Below, piece by piece: positions 33,347 to 44,118 of a stretch of 64,000 nt of DNA. A program made the position numbers and the translations under genes. Every line of letters begins with the position of its first letter. The first letter of the stretch is position 1. Origin of the DNA: Bacillota bacterium (GTDB lineage Bacteria > Bacillota > DTU025); the NCBI GenBank assembly GCA_050951805.1, contig JBMNJT010000002.1, positions 1,056,001-1,120,000 on the forward strand, written 5' to 3'. A model generated the notes under the pieces. That model was not told the DNA's origin. It ran no database searches and saw only the letters and a program-made list of their open reading frames with translations.

Positions 33347-34243
33347 ATGCTTGCAGCTTTCGATGAGGTTGTAGCGCGCGCGAAGAAGCGCCCTTCAGCT
33401 AAGGTGGCAGTTGCTGTTGCACAAGATCGTGAAGTGCTCGAAGCCATTCAAATGGCTCATGGGATTGGGATGGGCGCGTTCGTCCTCGTAGGGGATGAGA
33501 AGTTGATACGACCGCTGGCGTCAGAAGTGGGCCTTGACCTTTCTGAATTGGAAATTGTCCATGAACCTGATGCCAGGACTGCTGCCCTGCACGCGGTTGA
33601 ACTAGTCAGCTCTGGGCAGGCGGGCATATTGATGAAAGGCCTGATCCCAACTGCCGATTTCCTTAGGGCTGTTTTAGATAAGGAGGTTGGTCTCCGGACC
33701 GGGAAGCTATTGAGCCATGTGGCGGTCTTCAAATCTCCGAGGTACGATAGGCTGATTTACATGACCGATGGTGCTATGGTAGTGGCGCCCACGCTTCAAG
33801 ACAAAGTACAGATAATTCAGAACGCAGTAGGGGTGGCACACAAGCTCGACAACGAAGTGCCTAAGGTTGCGTGCATAGCCGCTGTCGAGGTGGTCAATCC
33901 AGACATGCCTGAGACTGTTGAAGCGGCAGCGCTGGCCAAGATGTGCGATAGGAACCAGATACGCGGATGCATTGTAGATGGCCCTCTTGGCCTTGACAAT
34001 GCAGTTTCTGAGGAGTCTGCACGCCACAAGGGAGTGGATGGCCCTGTGGCCGGCAGAGCAGACATTTTGCTTGTTCCAAACATTGTTGCAGGAAACGTCA
34101 TATACAAAACCCTGGTTTATTTCGGCCAAGTTGAGACCGCGGCTATACTGACCGGAGCTCGTGCTCCAATCGTGCTCACGTCGCGCTCAGACTCTCCTGA
34201 AGCCAGGCTGAACTCGCTCGCGCTGGCTATTGCAACGTCATAG
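33347..34243 (+). CDS. ptb: Phosphate butyryltransferase
   Basis: LMKG, LLSHVAVF, DGPLGLDNA, VLTSRSD. Confidence 0.9.
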   Translation: MLAAFDEVVARAKKRPSAKVAVAVAQDREVLEAIQMAHGIGMGAFVLVGDEKLIRPLASEVGLDLSELEIVHEPDARTAALHAVELVSSGQAGILMKGLIPTADFLRAVLDKEVGLRTGKLLSHVAVFKSPRYDRLIYMTDGAMVVAPTLQDKVQIIQNAVGVAHKLDNEVPKVACIAAVEVVNPDMPETVEAAALAKMCDRNQIRGCIVDGPLGLDNAVSEESARHKGVDGPVAGRADILLVPNIVAGNVIYKTLVYFGQVETAAILTGARAPIVLTSRSDSPEARLNSLALAIATS

Positions 34244-34260
34244 TAACGGAGGTGGTTGGA

Positions 34261-35349
34261 GTGAGCGATTTCAGGGTTCTCGTCATTAACCCCGGGTCCA
34301 CTTCAACGAAGGTAGCCGTCTTTGAAGGAGATCGTTCAGCGGCGTCCGAAAGTCTCAGACATGATGCCGATATGATAGCTTCCTACCCCCGCATCTTCGA
34401 TCAGTTTGATATGCGAAAGGAAGCGGTGTTCGACTTCATGGAAAGGTTACCGTTTCCTGCAGATACTCTGTCAGCCGTGGTTGGACGTGGTGGGGTATTG
34501 CCTCCCATGGAGGGCGGAGTCTACATCGTAGATGATGTGCTGGTGGATGCCCTGTATGAATGGGGATGGAATCACGCTTCAAGCCTTGGTGGAATCATAG
34601 CCAAGGAAATAGCCGATTCTCTGGGGATTCCCTCTTATATTGCTGACCCAACAACAACTGACGAGCTTGACAACATTGCCCGCATGACTGGCATTCCCGG
34701 GATTGAACGCCGGAGTGTCTTCCATGCCCTCAATCAAAAGGCGATGGCGCGCAAAGCCGCGCGCGATTTGGGGCGGAAATATGAGGAGTGTAACTTCATA
34801 GTGGTTCACCTCGGTGGGGGCATCAGTATAGGCGGACACAAGCGCGGGCGCGTTGTCGAGGTCAGCAACGCGTTGGATGGAGAAGGTCCATATTCATCTG
34901 AGCGGTCCGGTAGCCTTCCCAATACGTCTTTGGTGAAGCTCTGCTTCTCAGGAAAATACACAGAGGCGGAAATGAGAAGGAAGATAACCGGACAAGGCGG
35001 CCTTGTGGCATATCTTGGAACAAATTCGTTGCTGGATGTTGAGAAGAAGATTGAGGAAGGAGATGATTATGCCAGGATTTGCTATGAAGGTATGGCCTAT
35101 CAAGTAGCAAAGGAGATAGGCCGTGTGGCTTGTGCCCTTTCAGGAGATGTGGATGCGATCATCCTTACAGGAGGCGCTGCGAATTCGAAAATGCTTGTGT
35201 CCTGGATTGAGGAGCGAGTCAAATTCATTGCCAGCGTGATGGTGTATCCTGGTGAAGCAGAGATGGAGGCGCTGGCCGATGCAGGCCTCAGGGTCCTCCG
35301 GGGTCTTGAGGAACCCAAACGAATGATGTTGGGAGGAGGCGGCCGATGA
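34261..35349 (+). CDS. buk: Butyrate/branched-chain carboxylate kinase (paralog 2)
   Basis: INPGSTSTK, FHALNQKA, HLGGGIS, YPGEAEM. Confidence 0.92.
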   Translation: MSDFRVLVINPGSTSTKVAVFEGDRSAASESLRHDADMIASYPRIFDQFDMRKEAVFDFMERLPFPADTLSAVVGRGGVLPPMEGGVYIVDDVLVDALYEWGWNHASSLGGIIAKEIADSLGIPSYIADPTTTDELDNIARMTGIPGIERRSVFHALNQKAMARKAARDLGRKYEECNFIVVHLGGGISIGGHKRGRVVEVSNALDGEGPYSSERSGSLPNTSLVKLCFSGKYTEAEMRRKITGQGGLVAYLGTNSLLDVEKKIEEGDDYARICYEGMAYQVAKEIGRVACALSGDVDAIILTGGAANSKMLVSWIEERVKFIASVMVYPGEAEMEALADAGLRVLRGLEEPKRMMLGGGGR

Positions 35350-35552
35350 CGAAAGTTGTATTTGACGAGGAAAAGTGCAAGGGTTGTGGGTTGTGTGTGC
35401 AGTTTTGCCCCAAGAAAGCGATAATTATGGCCGAGAGGATAAACACCAAAGGCTATCACCCCGCTGTCCTCGCAGATGAGGAGAACTGTATTTCTTGCGG
35501 GATTTGCGCACGAATGTGTCCTGACGCTGTTATCGAAGTATTCAAACCCTGA
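35346..35552 (+). CDS. 2[4Fe-4S] ferredoxin, delta subunit of 2-oxoacid oxidoreductase
   Basis: CKGCGLCVQFCP and CISCGICARMCP. Confidence 0.9.
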   Translation: MTKVVFDEEKCKGCGLCVQFCPKKAIIMAERINTKGYHPAVLADEENCISCGICARMCPDAVIEVFKP

Positions 35553-35566
35553 GGAGGGCAGTATGC

Positions 35567-36637
35567 ATGGCAGAACGCAAATTGTTTAAAGGAAATGAAG
35601 CCGTTGCTGAGGCTGCCGTCAGGGCTGGGTGCAGGTACTTCTTCGGGTATCCGATAACTCCCCAGAACGAAATCCCTGAGTACATGGCCCGAAGGTTGCC
35701 TGAAGTCGGCGGCCTGTTTCTGCAGGCTGAGAGTGAAGTAGCGGCTATAAACATGGTTTATGGGGCTGCTGGAACCGGAGCGCGCGTAATGACTTCATCA
35801 TCGAGCCCTGGCATTAGTCTCAAGCAGGAAGGAATATCTTACATAGCCGGAGCCGAGTTGCCGTGTCTCATAGTCAACATGGTCCGGGGAGGACCGGGGC
35901 TGGGCGGAATTCAGCCGGCTCAGAGCGACTATTTCCAGGCAGTGAAGGGCGGCGGACATGGCGATTATTACACAATCGTATATGCCCCTGCATCGATACA
36001 GGAAATGGTTGACTTGACTATGCAGGCATTCGATGTGGCCGAAACATACCGCATGCCGGTGATGATCCTTGGAGACGGGGTGCTCGGTCAGATGATGGAA
36101 CCAGTAGAGTTCCGGGATCCTGTGCCAAGAGAACTCCCGCCCAAGGACTGGGCGACTACCGGGGCAAAAGATGGACGCGCCCCACGTCTGATAAACTCTA
36201 TCTACCTGAAACCCGATGAGCTGTTCAAACATAACCTCAAGATAGCCGAAAGGTTCGAACAGGCGAAGAAGAACGAAGTGATGTGCGAGAAGGCGAATAC
36301 TGATGATGCCGACATCGTGCTAGTGGCCTACGGGACCACTGCTAGGGTGTGCCGGTCAGTGATGGACAGGGCTCGCGCTGCCGGGCTCAAGGTCGGACTG
36401 ATCCGTCCCATCACGGTCTCTCCGTTCCCATACGATGACATTGCCGAGGTTGCTCGCACTGCCAAGGCTTTCTTGACGGTGGAGATGAGCCTTGGGCAGA
36501 TGGTGGAAGACGTGAAAGTGGCGGTGTACGGTGCTGCTCCAGTCCACTTTTACGGAACTACCGGCGGCGTGATTCCAACTGCCGCCGATATTATGGCGCG
36601 CGTCGAGGAGATTGCCAGGGCGGAGGTGCGGAAATGA
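35567..36637 (+). CDS. 2-oxoisovalerate:ferredoxin oxidoreductase alpha-type subunit (VorB-like)
   Basis: [25 protein letters not shown]. Confidence 0.88.
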   Translation: MAERKLFKGNEAVAEAAVRAGCRYFFGYPITPQNEIPEYMARRLPEVGGLFLQAESEVAAINMVYGAAGTGARVMTSSSSPGISLKQEGISYIAGAELPCLIVNMVRGGPGLGGIQPAQSDYFQAVKGGGHGDYYTIVYAPASIQEMVDLTMQAFDVAETYRMPVMILGDGVLGQMMEPVEFRDPVPRELPPKDWATTGAKDGRAPRLINSIYLKPDELFKHNLKIAERFEQAKKNEVMCEKANTDDADIVLVAYGTTARVCRSVMDRARAAGLKVGLIRPITVSPFPYDDIAEVARTAKAFLTVEMSLGQMVEDVKVAVYGAAPVHFYGTTGGVIPTAADIMARVEEIARAEVRK

Positions 36638-37383
36638 AGCAAGTATATTCTGTTCCAAAGTCACTGCAACCAAGGTCGACGCATTACTGCCCCGGTTGCA
36701 CCCATGGGATAGTGCACAAACTGGTTGCGGAGGCCATCGACGATCTCGAGATCAGGGACCGCGCCATTGGAGTGGCGCCGGTGGGGTGCGCAGTCTTCGC
36801 ATACGACTACTTCGACTGCGATTTCCAGCAGGCGGCACATGGGCGTGCCCCGGCTGTTGCTACAGGAATAAAGCGGGCAGTGCCCGACTCGGTCGTATTC
36901 ACGTATCAGGGTGATGGCGATTTGGCTTCGATTGGAGCCGCTGAAATAGTCCATGCCGCGATGAGAGGCGAGCGCATTACTGTGATATTCGTCAACAACG
37001 CCATATACGGCATGACCGGCGGCCAGATGGCTCCGACTACGTTGGTGGGCCAGAAAGCCACTACCGCGCCTTTTGGCAGACAGAAGGAGCACTGCGGCAG
37101 CCCGCTTCGGATTTCAGAGATGTTGGCCACGATTCCCGGTGCAGCATACATCGCCAGGGTTGCACTTTCATCCCCGGGAAATGTTGCAAAGGCAAAGACT
37201 GCTATCAGGAAGGCATTCGAGACGCAACTGGCCGGCGAGGGATTTGCCCTTGTGGAGTGCTTGTCTACATGTCCGACAAACTGGGGAATGGCGCCATACG
37301 AGGCAATGCAATGGCTGGAGGAGAACATGATACCATACTATCCCCTTGGAGAGTTCCGAACTCCGGAAGGGGGGGCTGAATAA
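36634..37383 (+). CDS. 2-oxoacid:ferredoxin oxidoreductase TPP-binding beta subunit
   Basis: YCPGC, HGRAPA, GDGD...[11 protein letters not shown]. Confidence 0.9.
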   Translation: MKQVYSVPKSLQPRSTHYCPGCTHGIVHKLVAEAIDDLEIRDRAIGVAPVGCAVFAYDYFDCDFQQAAHGRAPAVATGIKRAVPDSVVFTYQGDGDLASIGAAEIVHAAMRGERITVIFVNNAIYGMTGGQMAPTTLVGQKATTAPFGRQKEHCGSPLRISEMLATIPGAAYIARVALSSPGNVAKAKTAIRKAFETQLAGEGFALVECLSTCPTNWGMAPYEAMQWLEENMIPYYPLGEFRTPEGGAE

Positions 37384-37919
37384 TGCTTGAGGAACTGATC
37401 ATATCTGGATTCGGCGGGCAGGGCGTAATGGTTATTGGCCAGTTGCTGTCCTATGCAGGCCTGCTCGAAGGGAAAAACGTGTCGTGGATACCTTCATATG
37501 GGCCTGAGATGCGTGGTGGCACCGCCAACTGCTCGGTTGTGATATCAACAGATCCGATAGGTTCGCCTATCGTGTCGGAGCCATTATCGGTCATAGTCAT
37601 GAATAGGCCTTCACTCGACAGGTTCGAATCCGCACTGAGGCCAGGGGGACTGCTCGTATACAACAGTTCTCTGATAGATAGAGCTCCGATTCGCACGGAT
37701 GTAAGGGTGATTGCAGTTCCAGTCAACGACATGGCTGCCGAGCTTGGATCTGATCGGGTGGGCAACATGTGCGCCCTTGGCGCGTATCTTGCTGCGACAC
37801 GCGTGGTATCAATTGATTCCATAGCTGAGAGTCTTAAGGAGGTACTGCCTCCAAGGAGGCATGACCTTATACCACTCAACCTCAAAGCGTTGGAAGCTGG
37901 AAGAGAACTGATTAAGTAG
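37383..37919 (+). CDS. 2-oxoacid:ferredoxin oxidoreductase gamma subunit
   Basis: GFGGQG, SYGPEMRGG. Confidence 0.9.
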   Translation: MLEELIISGFGGQGVMVIGQLLSYAGLLEGKNVSWIPSYGPEMRGGTANCSVVISTDPIGSPIVSEPLSVIVMNRPSLDRFESALRPGGLLVYNSSLIDRAPIRTDVRVIAVPVNDMAAELGSDRVGNMCALGAYLAATRVVSIDSIAESLKEVLPPRRHDLIPLNLKALEAGRELIK

Positions 37920-38410
37920 GCGCAAATACCCATGGATCAGGCATTTCTTGAGGAGCTGTTGTGCCTGTGCGGAGCCTGTTTTGGAATAGTGGCACATCAC
38001 ATCGCCGCTGAAACTCGATGCGCGGCAAAGATGGCAATTGGTGATCAATTGCGAGCTCAGCAAGACAATCAAGGCGGCACTGAACATGGTGTAGCGCAAA
38101 ATACGGTGCTCGCTATCGATACAGTGTTAGGTATGATGTTGAAGGTCAATATAGCATGCAAGTAGTACAACGCTTGAAACATGGCCGGCCTGAGGCGGGA
38201 GGATCTGTAGCCGCTATCGGGCCGGCTGTGATTTGACGGTGAAGGAGCATTTCGCAGAAACATACCCGACATGGGTATAGCACGCTCGCAGCGCCTGGCA
38301 TCAGGCTGGCTACGGGTTGAGAATGCCAAGGCTTGTAGCTGGGCATAAATGAACGAGGCCTTGCGGCCAGCATGCCATGGTTGTGGCGGCACAGTGCAGC
38401 GGTAGATCAT

Positions 38411-38440
38411 GGCAAAGGGACGCCGGTCAGTGGCGTCCCT
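38411..38440 (-). terminator. Terminator hairpin after gdh
   Basis: AGGGACGCC/GGCGTCCCT stem followed by TTT on the minus strand. Confidence 0.6.
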
Positions 38441-38476
38441 CGGGATCAGGTTAGTTTTGGGTCATTTCGGCCGCGA

Positions 38477-39727
38477 TCACGGGAAAATGCCCCGCATTTT
38501 GATGGCGTCCGCTACCCTTTTCACTCCGAGAATATAGGCGCCTGTACGGAGACTGAGATCTTCTTCATGAGCGAAATCCCAGACTTCTGCGAAGCTATGG
38601 GTCATAATCTTGTCCAGCCTCGAGTTGACTTCTTCCTCAGTCCAGTAGAAGTTCTGGAGATTCTGCACCCACTCGAAGTAGGAACAGATGACTCCGCCTG
38701 CATTTGCAAGGATATCCGGGACAACGAGGACGCCGTTTGCCGCGAGGATCTTGTCGGCCTCGGCAGTAGTGGGCCCGTTTGCGCCTTCAACGATAAACTT
38801 TGCTCTGACGTCTTCTGCGTTTTCTTCAGTGATCTGATTCTGCAATGCGGCCGGGATAAGAAGATCGACGTCGAGGGTGAGAAGGTCAGCATTTGATATA
38901 TTGCTGACTCCCGGTTCGCTGTAGCCTTCAAGAACTCTATTCTCCTCGACATACTTGGTTATGTGAGGTATGTTGAGTCCTCCCGGGTTGTAGTGTCCGC
39001 CGCTAATGTCGCTCACGGCTACTACCTTGCAACCCATTTCGTGGGCTAAGGTAGCGGCAACTGAACCGACATTTCCGTAGCCTTGCACTGCACATGTGAT
39101 CTCAGAAGGCTTCTTATTGAGCCGAAGCAGCAACTCGCGGACGGCGAAGACCACACCGCGTCCAGTGGCTTCGCGTCGCCCAATTGACCCGCCGATCGGG
39201 ACTGGCTTGCCTGTGACTACACCCGGACTGTAGACTCCGTTAAGGACGGAATAGGTATCGACGAACCAGCCCATGATCTGGGCGTTTGTTCCCATGTCCG
39301 GAGCGGGTATGTCTTTTTCAGGCCCTATAATGGGGTAGATAGCGTAGACATAACGTCGTGTCAATCGTTTTAGCTCGTTCTCTGAAAGTTGTGTAGGATC
39401 AACGCGAATGCCGCCTTTGCCGCCCCCATAAGGGATTCCGGCGACAGCGCATTTCCAGGTCATCCACGAAGAGAGAGCCTTCACTTCGTCCATGCATACG
39501 TCCATGGCATAACGAACTCCACCTTTTGCGGGACCGCGTACGGTGGAGTGCTGGCACCTGTATCCAGTAAATACCTTGATGCTCCCGTCGTCCATTTCGA
39601 TGGGAAGCGCAACCTCGAGGGTGCGCTCTGGTTCTGCGAGGATCTCGAATATGCCGGGCTCAAGATTGAGGATTCGAGCTGCCTCGCGAAGCCGCGCTAG
39701 TACCTGCTCATACTGGCCGCCTGCCAT
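38477..39727 (-). CDS. gdh: Glu/Leu/Phe/Val family (glutamate) dehydrogenase
   Basis: GPAKGGVR, GGGKGG, DIPAPD, GYGNVG, EGANGP, PDILANAGGV. Confidence 0.92.
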   Translation of the reverse strand: MAGGQYEQVLARLREAARILNLEPGIFEILAEPERTLEVALPIEMDDGSIKVFTGYRCQHSTVRGPAKGGVRYAMDVCMDEVKALSSWMTWKCAVAGIPYGGGKGGIRVDPTQLSENELKRLTRRYVYAIYPIIGPEKDIPAPDMGTNAQIMGWFVDTYSVLNGVYSPGVVTGKPVPIGGSIGRREATGRGVVFAVRELLLRLNKKPSEITCAVQGYGNVGSVAATLAHEMGCKVVAVSDISGGHYNPGGLNIPHITKYVEENRVLEGYSEPGVSNISNADLLTLDVDLLIPAALQNQITEENAEDVRAKFIVEGANGPTTAEADKILAANGVLVVPDILANAGGVICSYFEWVQNLQNFYWTEEEVNSRLDKIMTHSFAEVWDFAHEEDLSLRTGAYILGVKRVADAIKMRGIFP

Positions 39728-39771
39728 TTTATTACCTCCATATATACTATGATCGCGGTTATAATTTAATA

Positions 39772-39796
39772 ATTCTCCATTTTCTTTCCCACTCCT
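39772..39796 (-). promoter_or_regulatory. sigma-H-type promoter of gdh
   Basis: Minus strand GCAGGA-17 nt-GAAT. Confidence 0.5.
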
Positions 39797-40182
39797 GCTG
39801 CATAAAGTGGCGACTTATTCACTGATGCATATCGACCACACACTCAGGATAGGACTGGGCACCAATCTCATTTTAGATGGCGACTGCCTCGGTGGTGAGC
39901 ATGGGCGATGCATGATGTAAGTGTGCATACATCGCAAGTCGAGTTGCTGACGAGAAAGAGCTTGTGTTAGTTCGGATGGCGCATCTTTATGGACGTGGCT
40001 AGTTGAGTAACTCGGGAAAGCAAACGACTGTACGGATAAGGTCCGTGGCATGGAGTTTGACGCGCCAAGACGCGGAGCAAGACTGTTTGGAGTGGAGAAG
40101 AGAGGACACTATGAGGCTATTTCGCATCAACCGCTGACCGCGTTGACATGGTTGAGCGATGAAACTCAGCCCATTATTGGGA

Positions 40183-40207
40183 AGGAGTTGGCCATTACAT
40201 AGCGAAG
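40183..40207 (+). promoter_or_regulatory. sigma-H-type promoter of nucleoside ABC operon
   Basis: AGGA-17 nt-GAAG. Confidence 0.4.
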
Positions 40208-40250
40208 TCTAACCTCAGATTCAAACCACCTTAAAGGGGAGGATTATTGA

Positions 40251-41273
40251 ATGAGCTCTCTCAAACGTGTCCTAGTTGTTTTCCTGGCTGCGGGAATGCT
40301 CGTGGGTTGTGCATTCAACGGCTTTGCAGCTCCTGCGCCCAAAGTTGGAATTGTATTTGACATCGGCGGTCTAGGTGACCAGTCCTTTAATGACTCAGCC
40401 AATGTAGGCCTCGAGCGTCTCAAGAAAGAGTTGGGTTATGGCACTCGATATGTCGAATCGAACACACCATCTGACTATGAGCCTAACCTTGCTAGCCTTG
40501 CCAGAGAAGGCTATGATGTCGTTTGGGGTATCGGCTTTTTGATGGCTGACGCCGTTCAGAAGGTAGCCAAGCAGTTCCCGAATACCAAGTTTGGAATCAT
40601 TGACCATGGCTACAGTGATGCAGAATACAAGGAAATCCCCAACGTTCTCGGAATATTGTACAAAGAGCACGAGGGCTCCTTCCTAGTCGGAGTACTAGCG
40701 GCGCTGACCACAAAGACGAACACTGTGGGCTTTGTTGGCGGCATGGATATTCCGGTAATCCACAGATTTGAAGCTGGATACAAGGCCGGAGTATGGAAGA
40801 CCAATCCAAACATAAACATCATAGTGAACTACAGTGGCGCCTTTGACGATCCTGGCAAGGGCAAGACCATTGCCGAGTCGATGTTCCGCAGAAATGCCGA
40901 CGTGGTGTTCCACGCTGCCGGTTCCACCGGAATCGGGGTTATCCGCGCAGCCGAGGATCATGGCAAGTGGGCCATAGGTGTCGATTCCGACCAGAACCAT
41001 CTGGCCCCGAATAACGTCTTGAACTCAATGATAAAGAGAGTGGACGTTGGGGTTTTTGAGGGCACCAAGATGTTGCTGAAGCCGGGCTTTACGGGACGGA
41101 CGGTCGTTCTGGGCTTGCGCGAAAATGCAGTTGGGCTTGCTCCCGAAAAGTCTAACAGGGCGTCCGCGGCAGCCACGGCCAAGGCTCGCGAATGGGCAAA
41201 CATCATTGCCAGGGGCGAGTACGTAGTTCCCGAGTTTCCTGCAGAGGCAGACAAGCTTTACAAGAAGAAGTAG
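40251..41273 (+). CDS. BMP-family (purine nucleoside) ABC substrate-binding protein
   Basis: Signal peptide; GGLGDQSFN, FVGGM, IGVDSDQ, SMIKRVD. Confidence 0.9.
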   Translation: MSSLKRVLVVFLAAGMLVGCAFNGFAAPAPKVGIVFDIGGLGDQSFNDSANVGLERLKKELGYGTRYVESNTPSDYEPNLASLAREGYDVVWGIGFLMADAVQKVAKQFPNTKFGIIDHGYSDAEYKEIPNVLGILYKEHEGSFLVGVLAALTTKTNTVGFVGGMDIPVIHRFEAGYKAGVWKTNPNINIIVNYSGAFDDPGKGKTIAESMFRRNADVVFHAAGSTGIGVIRAAEDHGKWAIGVDSDQNHLAPNNVLNSMIKRVDVGVFEGTKMLLKPGFTGRTVVLGLRENAVGLAPEKSNRASAAATAKAREWANIIARGEYVVPEFPAEADKLYKKK

Positions 41274-41383
41274 AAGAGAAACGAGGCAGCGATCTTTGGC
41301 AGCGGTTTTCTTATCTGATTCGAACAATTGGAGAACTGTGAATCAAGGTATTGCTGAAACAGCGCGAACCTAATGTAGTCTGA

Positions 41384-41421
41384 GGTTGGGCGCCAGCTGC
41401 CTCAGGGTCTGGCGCCCAACC
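41384..41421 (+). other. Intercistronic 13-bp stem-loop
   Basis: GGTTGGGCGCCAG/CTGGCGCCCAACC without U tract, between SBP and ATPase genes. Confidence 0.6.
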
Positions 41422-41460
41422 GTGCTATCTTCATAATGCTATCTTACTGGAGGGACTTGT

Positions 41461-43023
41461 ATGGGAAGGCCCCAGAGTGTCCCAGTGCTCGAAATGCGCG
41501 GTATTACCAAGCAGTTTCCTGGAGTCCTTGCAAACGACAATGTCGATTTCAGATTGGAGAAGGGCGAGATCCACGCGCTGCTTGGAGAGAATGGTGCCGG
41601 AAAGACGACGCTCATGAAGATCCTCTACGGATTGTACGAGGCCGACGAGGGAATGGTTCTTGTTGATGGAGAAGAGGTTTCCATCAAGGAGCCTAATGAT
41701 GCCATCAATCTTGGCATTGGCATGGTGCATCAACACTTCATGCTCATACCTCCTTTTACTGTTGCAGAAAACCTTGTGCTGGGAGCTGAGCCCGTAAAGA
41801 ACGGGCTTTTCATGGACATGGAGAAGGCCATAGCAAAGGCCAACGAGGTATCCGAAACCTATGGCTTGGCTGTGGACCCCAATGCCAAGGTCGTCGATAT
41901 TTCAGTGGGCATGCAGCAAAGGGTGGAAATACTCAAGGCACTGCTGCGCGGCGCTGAAATACTGGTGCTTGATGAACCTACAGCGGTGTTGACTCCCCAA
42001 GAGGTAACTGAGCTTTTCGAGATCATGCGGAACCTTACGGAACAAGGGAAATCGATCATTTTCATCAGCCACAAGCTCAAAGAGGTGCTGGATATATCAG
42101 ATCATGTGACTGTGCTCAGACGGGGCAAGTCCATAGGCACAGTTGCGACCGCCAAAACAACTCAACAAGAACTTGCCAGGATGATGGTGGGCCGCGATGT
42201 TGAACTCGTCGTTGAAAAGGGGCCTGCAAAGCCGGGCAAAAACATACTGCAAGTGAGCGAGTTGCACGTGCTCGATCAGCGGCATCTTCCAGCGGTTCGT
42301 GGAGTCTCGTTTTCAGTTCGTGCAGGAGAAATCTTCGGGATTGCCGGCGTAGATGGAAACGGCCAGAGCGAGCTCGTTGAGGCCATCACCGGGATGCGTC
42401 GGCCGACATCTGGGCGCGTTGTCATTAACGGTCATGATCTTACCGGCGCTCGCCCACGTGAGGTCTTTGAGTCCGGGGTCGTTCACATACCGTCTGACCG
42501 TCATCGACACGGACTTGTTCTGGACTTCACGATTGCAGAAAATATGATTCTTCAGACTTACTACAAACCTCCATTCAGCAACCGTGGGGAACTTGACTGG
42601 GAGACCATTCATCAAGAGGCGCGCAGGCTGATAGAGGAGTTCGACGTGAGAACCCCGAGCGAAAAGGTGGCGGCGGGCTCTTTGTCAGGAGGAAACCAAC
42701 AGAAAGTGATAGTTGCCAGAGAGCTTTCGCGACAGCCTGAGCTCATAGTAGCTGCCCAACCCACTCGTGGGCTTGATGTGGGCGCGATCGAATTCGTGCA
42801 TAGGAAGCTGGTAGAGGCAAGAGACGACGGAAAGGCCGTTCTCCTCGTCTCGCTCGAGCTCGACGAAATCCTGGCCCTGGCCGACAGAATTGCAGTGATG
42901 TATGAAGGCGAAATAGTAGGGGTAGTTGATTCTGATACGGTAACAGAAGAAGAGCTTGGATTGATGATGGCAGGAGCGATGCGCGGCCCCAAGGCCGAGA
43001 CGGCGGGAGGCGGAGGCAGATGA
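41461..43023 (+). CDS. Nucleoside/sugar ABC transporter ATP-binding protein (two ABC domains)
   Basis: GENGAGKT, LDEPT, LSGGNQQK. Confidence 0.93.
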   Translation: MGRPQSVPVLEMRGITKQFPGVLANDNVDFRLEKGEIHALLGENGAGKTTLMKILYGLYEADEGMVLVDGEEVSIKEPNDAINLGIGMVHQHFMLIPPFTVAENLVLGAEPVKNGLFMDMEKAIAKANEVSETYGLAVDPNAKVVDISVGMQQRVEILKALLRGAEILVLDEPTAVLTPQEVTELFEIMRNLTEQGKSIIFISHKLKEVLDISDHVTVLRRGKSIGTVATAKTTQQELARMMVGRDVELVVEKGPAKPGKNILQVSELHVLDQRHLPAVRGVSFSVRAGEIFGIAGVDGNGQSELVEAITGMRRPTSGRVVINGHDLTGARPREVFESGVVHIPSDRHRHGLVLDFTIAENMILQTYYKPPFSNRGELDWETIHQEARRLIEEFDVRTPSEKVAAGSLSGGNQQKVIVARELSRQPELIVAAQPTRGLDVGAIEFVHRKLVEARDDGKAVLLVSLELDEILALADRIAVMYEGEIVGVVDSDTVTEEELGLMMAGAMRGPKAETAGGGGR

Positions 43024-44117
43024 GCGTGGAGAGTAAACGGAAGGCGTGGTGGCGTCAGCTGATTGTCCCCATTATTGCGGTGGTCTTGGGACTCCTAATT
43101 GGGGCGATTTTCATGTTATTCACTGGCGCGAAGCCCCTCGATGCGTATGGCGCACTGCTCAGCGGATGTTTCGGATCGGCAGTGAACATTTCGGAGACGG
43201 TTGTATATATTACGCCTCTCATATGCACTGGCCTGTCCATTGCAGTCGCATTTCGTGCTGGATTGTTTAACATCGGCGCAGAAGGCCAGATGATCGTGGG
43301 AATGTTGGCCTCGGCAATCATCGGCTACAAGCTGGCTGGTTTGCCCCGGATAATCCATCTTCCACTCACGATCTTTTTTGGAATGCTGGCGGGAGCGCTC
43401 TGGGCTGCAGTTCCAGGTTATCTCAAGGCTAAGTTCGGTGTACACGAGGTAGTGAACAGCATTATGATGAACTACATCGCGCTGTACCTATCCCACTACT
43501 TGGTAAATGGTCCGATAAAGGATCCGAATTTCGCGTCGCCGTATAGCCCTGAAATTGCGGACTCGGCTAAGCTGTGGAGATTCGTTGGCGGACATGGATC
43601 GGAATTCAGGGTCAACTCCGGTATTCTCATTGCGATCGCTGCAGCCATTCTCATATATCGTCTGCTTTACAAGACGACGCGGGGGTATGAGATAAGGGCA
43701 GTGGGTCTCAATGCTGAAGCGGCGCGATATGCAGGCATTGACGTCCCTTCTGCTATGGCAAGGTCTATGCTGATTGCAGGTTCCATGGCCGGGCTGGCAG
43801 GTGCTATACAAGTGTGCGGAATTCAGTACAAGTTTCTTGACCTTTTTGCGTTTGAGGGCTTTGGATTTGATGGAATAGCTGTGGCATTGCTTGCGCAGGG
43901 CAATCCCTACGGCATTTTGGCGGCGGCTTCGCTCTTTGGCGTGCTCAACAGAGGCTCACAGATGATGCAACTGTTGGCCAGGGTTCCAAAGGAGACTGCA
44001 GGCATCATCCAGGCTTCAGTAGTTTTCCTGGTGGCCGCTGAAGGAATTGTCGAAGGTTGGCTCCCGGTTCGTCGGACGGCCGGCCTTGAGGCTGCCGGGA
44101 AGGAGGAGACGCAATAA
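43020..44117 (+). CDS. Nucleoside ABC transporter permease
   Basis: [18 protein letters not shown]; multi-TM. Confidence 0.9.
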   Translation: MSVESKRKAWWRQLIVPIIAVVLGLLIGAIFMLFTGAKPLDAYGALLSGCFGSAVNISETVVYITPLICTGLSIAVAFRAGLFNIGAEGQMIVGMLASAIIGYKLAGLPRIIHLPLTIFFGMLAGALWAAVPGYLKAKFGVHEVVNSIMMNYIALYLSHYLVNGPIKDPNFASPYSPEIADSAKLWRFVGGHGSEFRVNSGILIAIAAAILIYRLLYKTTRGYEIRAVGLNAEAARYAGIDVPSAMARSMLIAGSMAGLAGAIQVCGIQYKFLDLFAFEGFGFDGIAVALLAQGNPYGILAAASLFGVLNRGSQMMQLLARVPKETAGIIQASVVFLVAAEGIVEGWLPVRRTAGLEAAGKEETQ

Positions 44118-44118
44118 T

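Noticed and set aside
37932-38165. 77-aa + strand ORF after the gamma subunit
   Set aside because: No SD or motif; probably spurious
40047-40062. sigma-54-like TGGCATGGAGTTTGA (also TGGCACG near 57008)
   Set aside because: The -12 GC is missing or wrongly spaced
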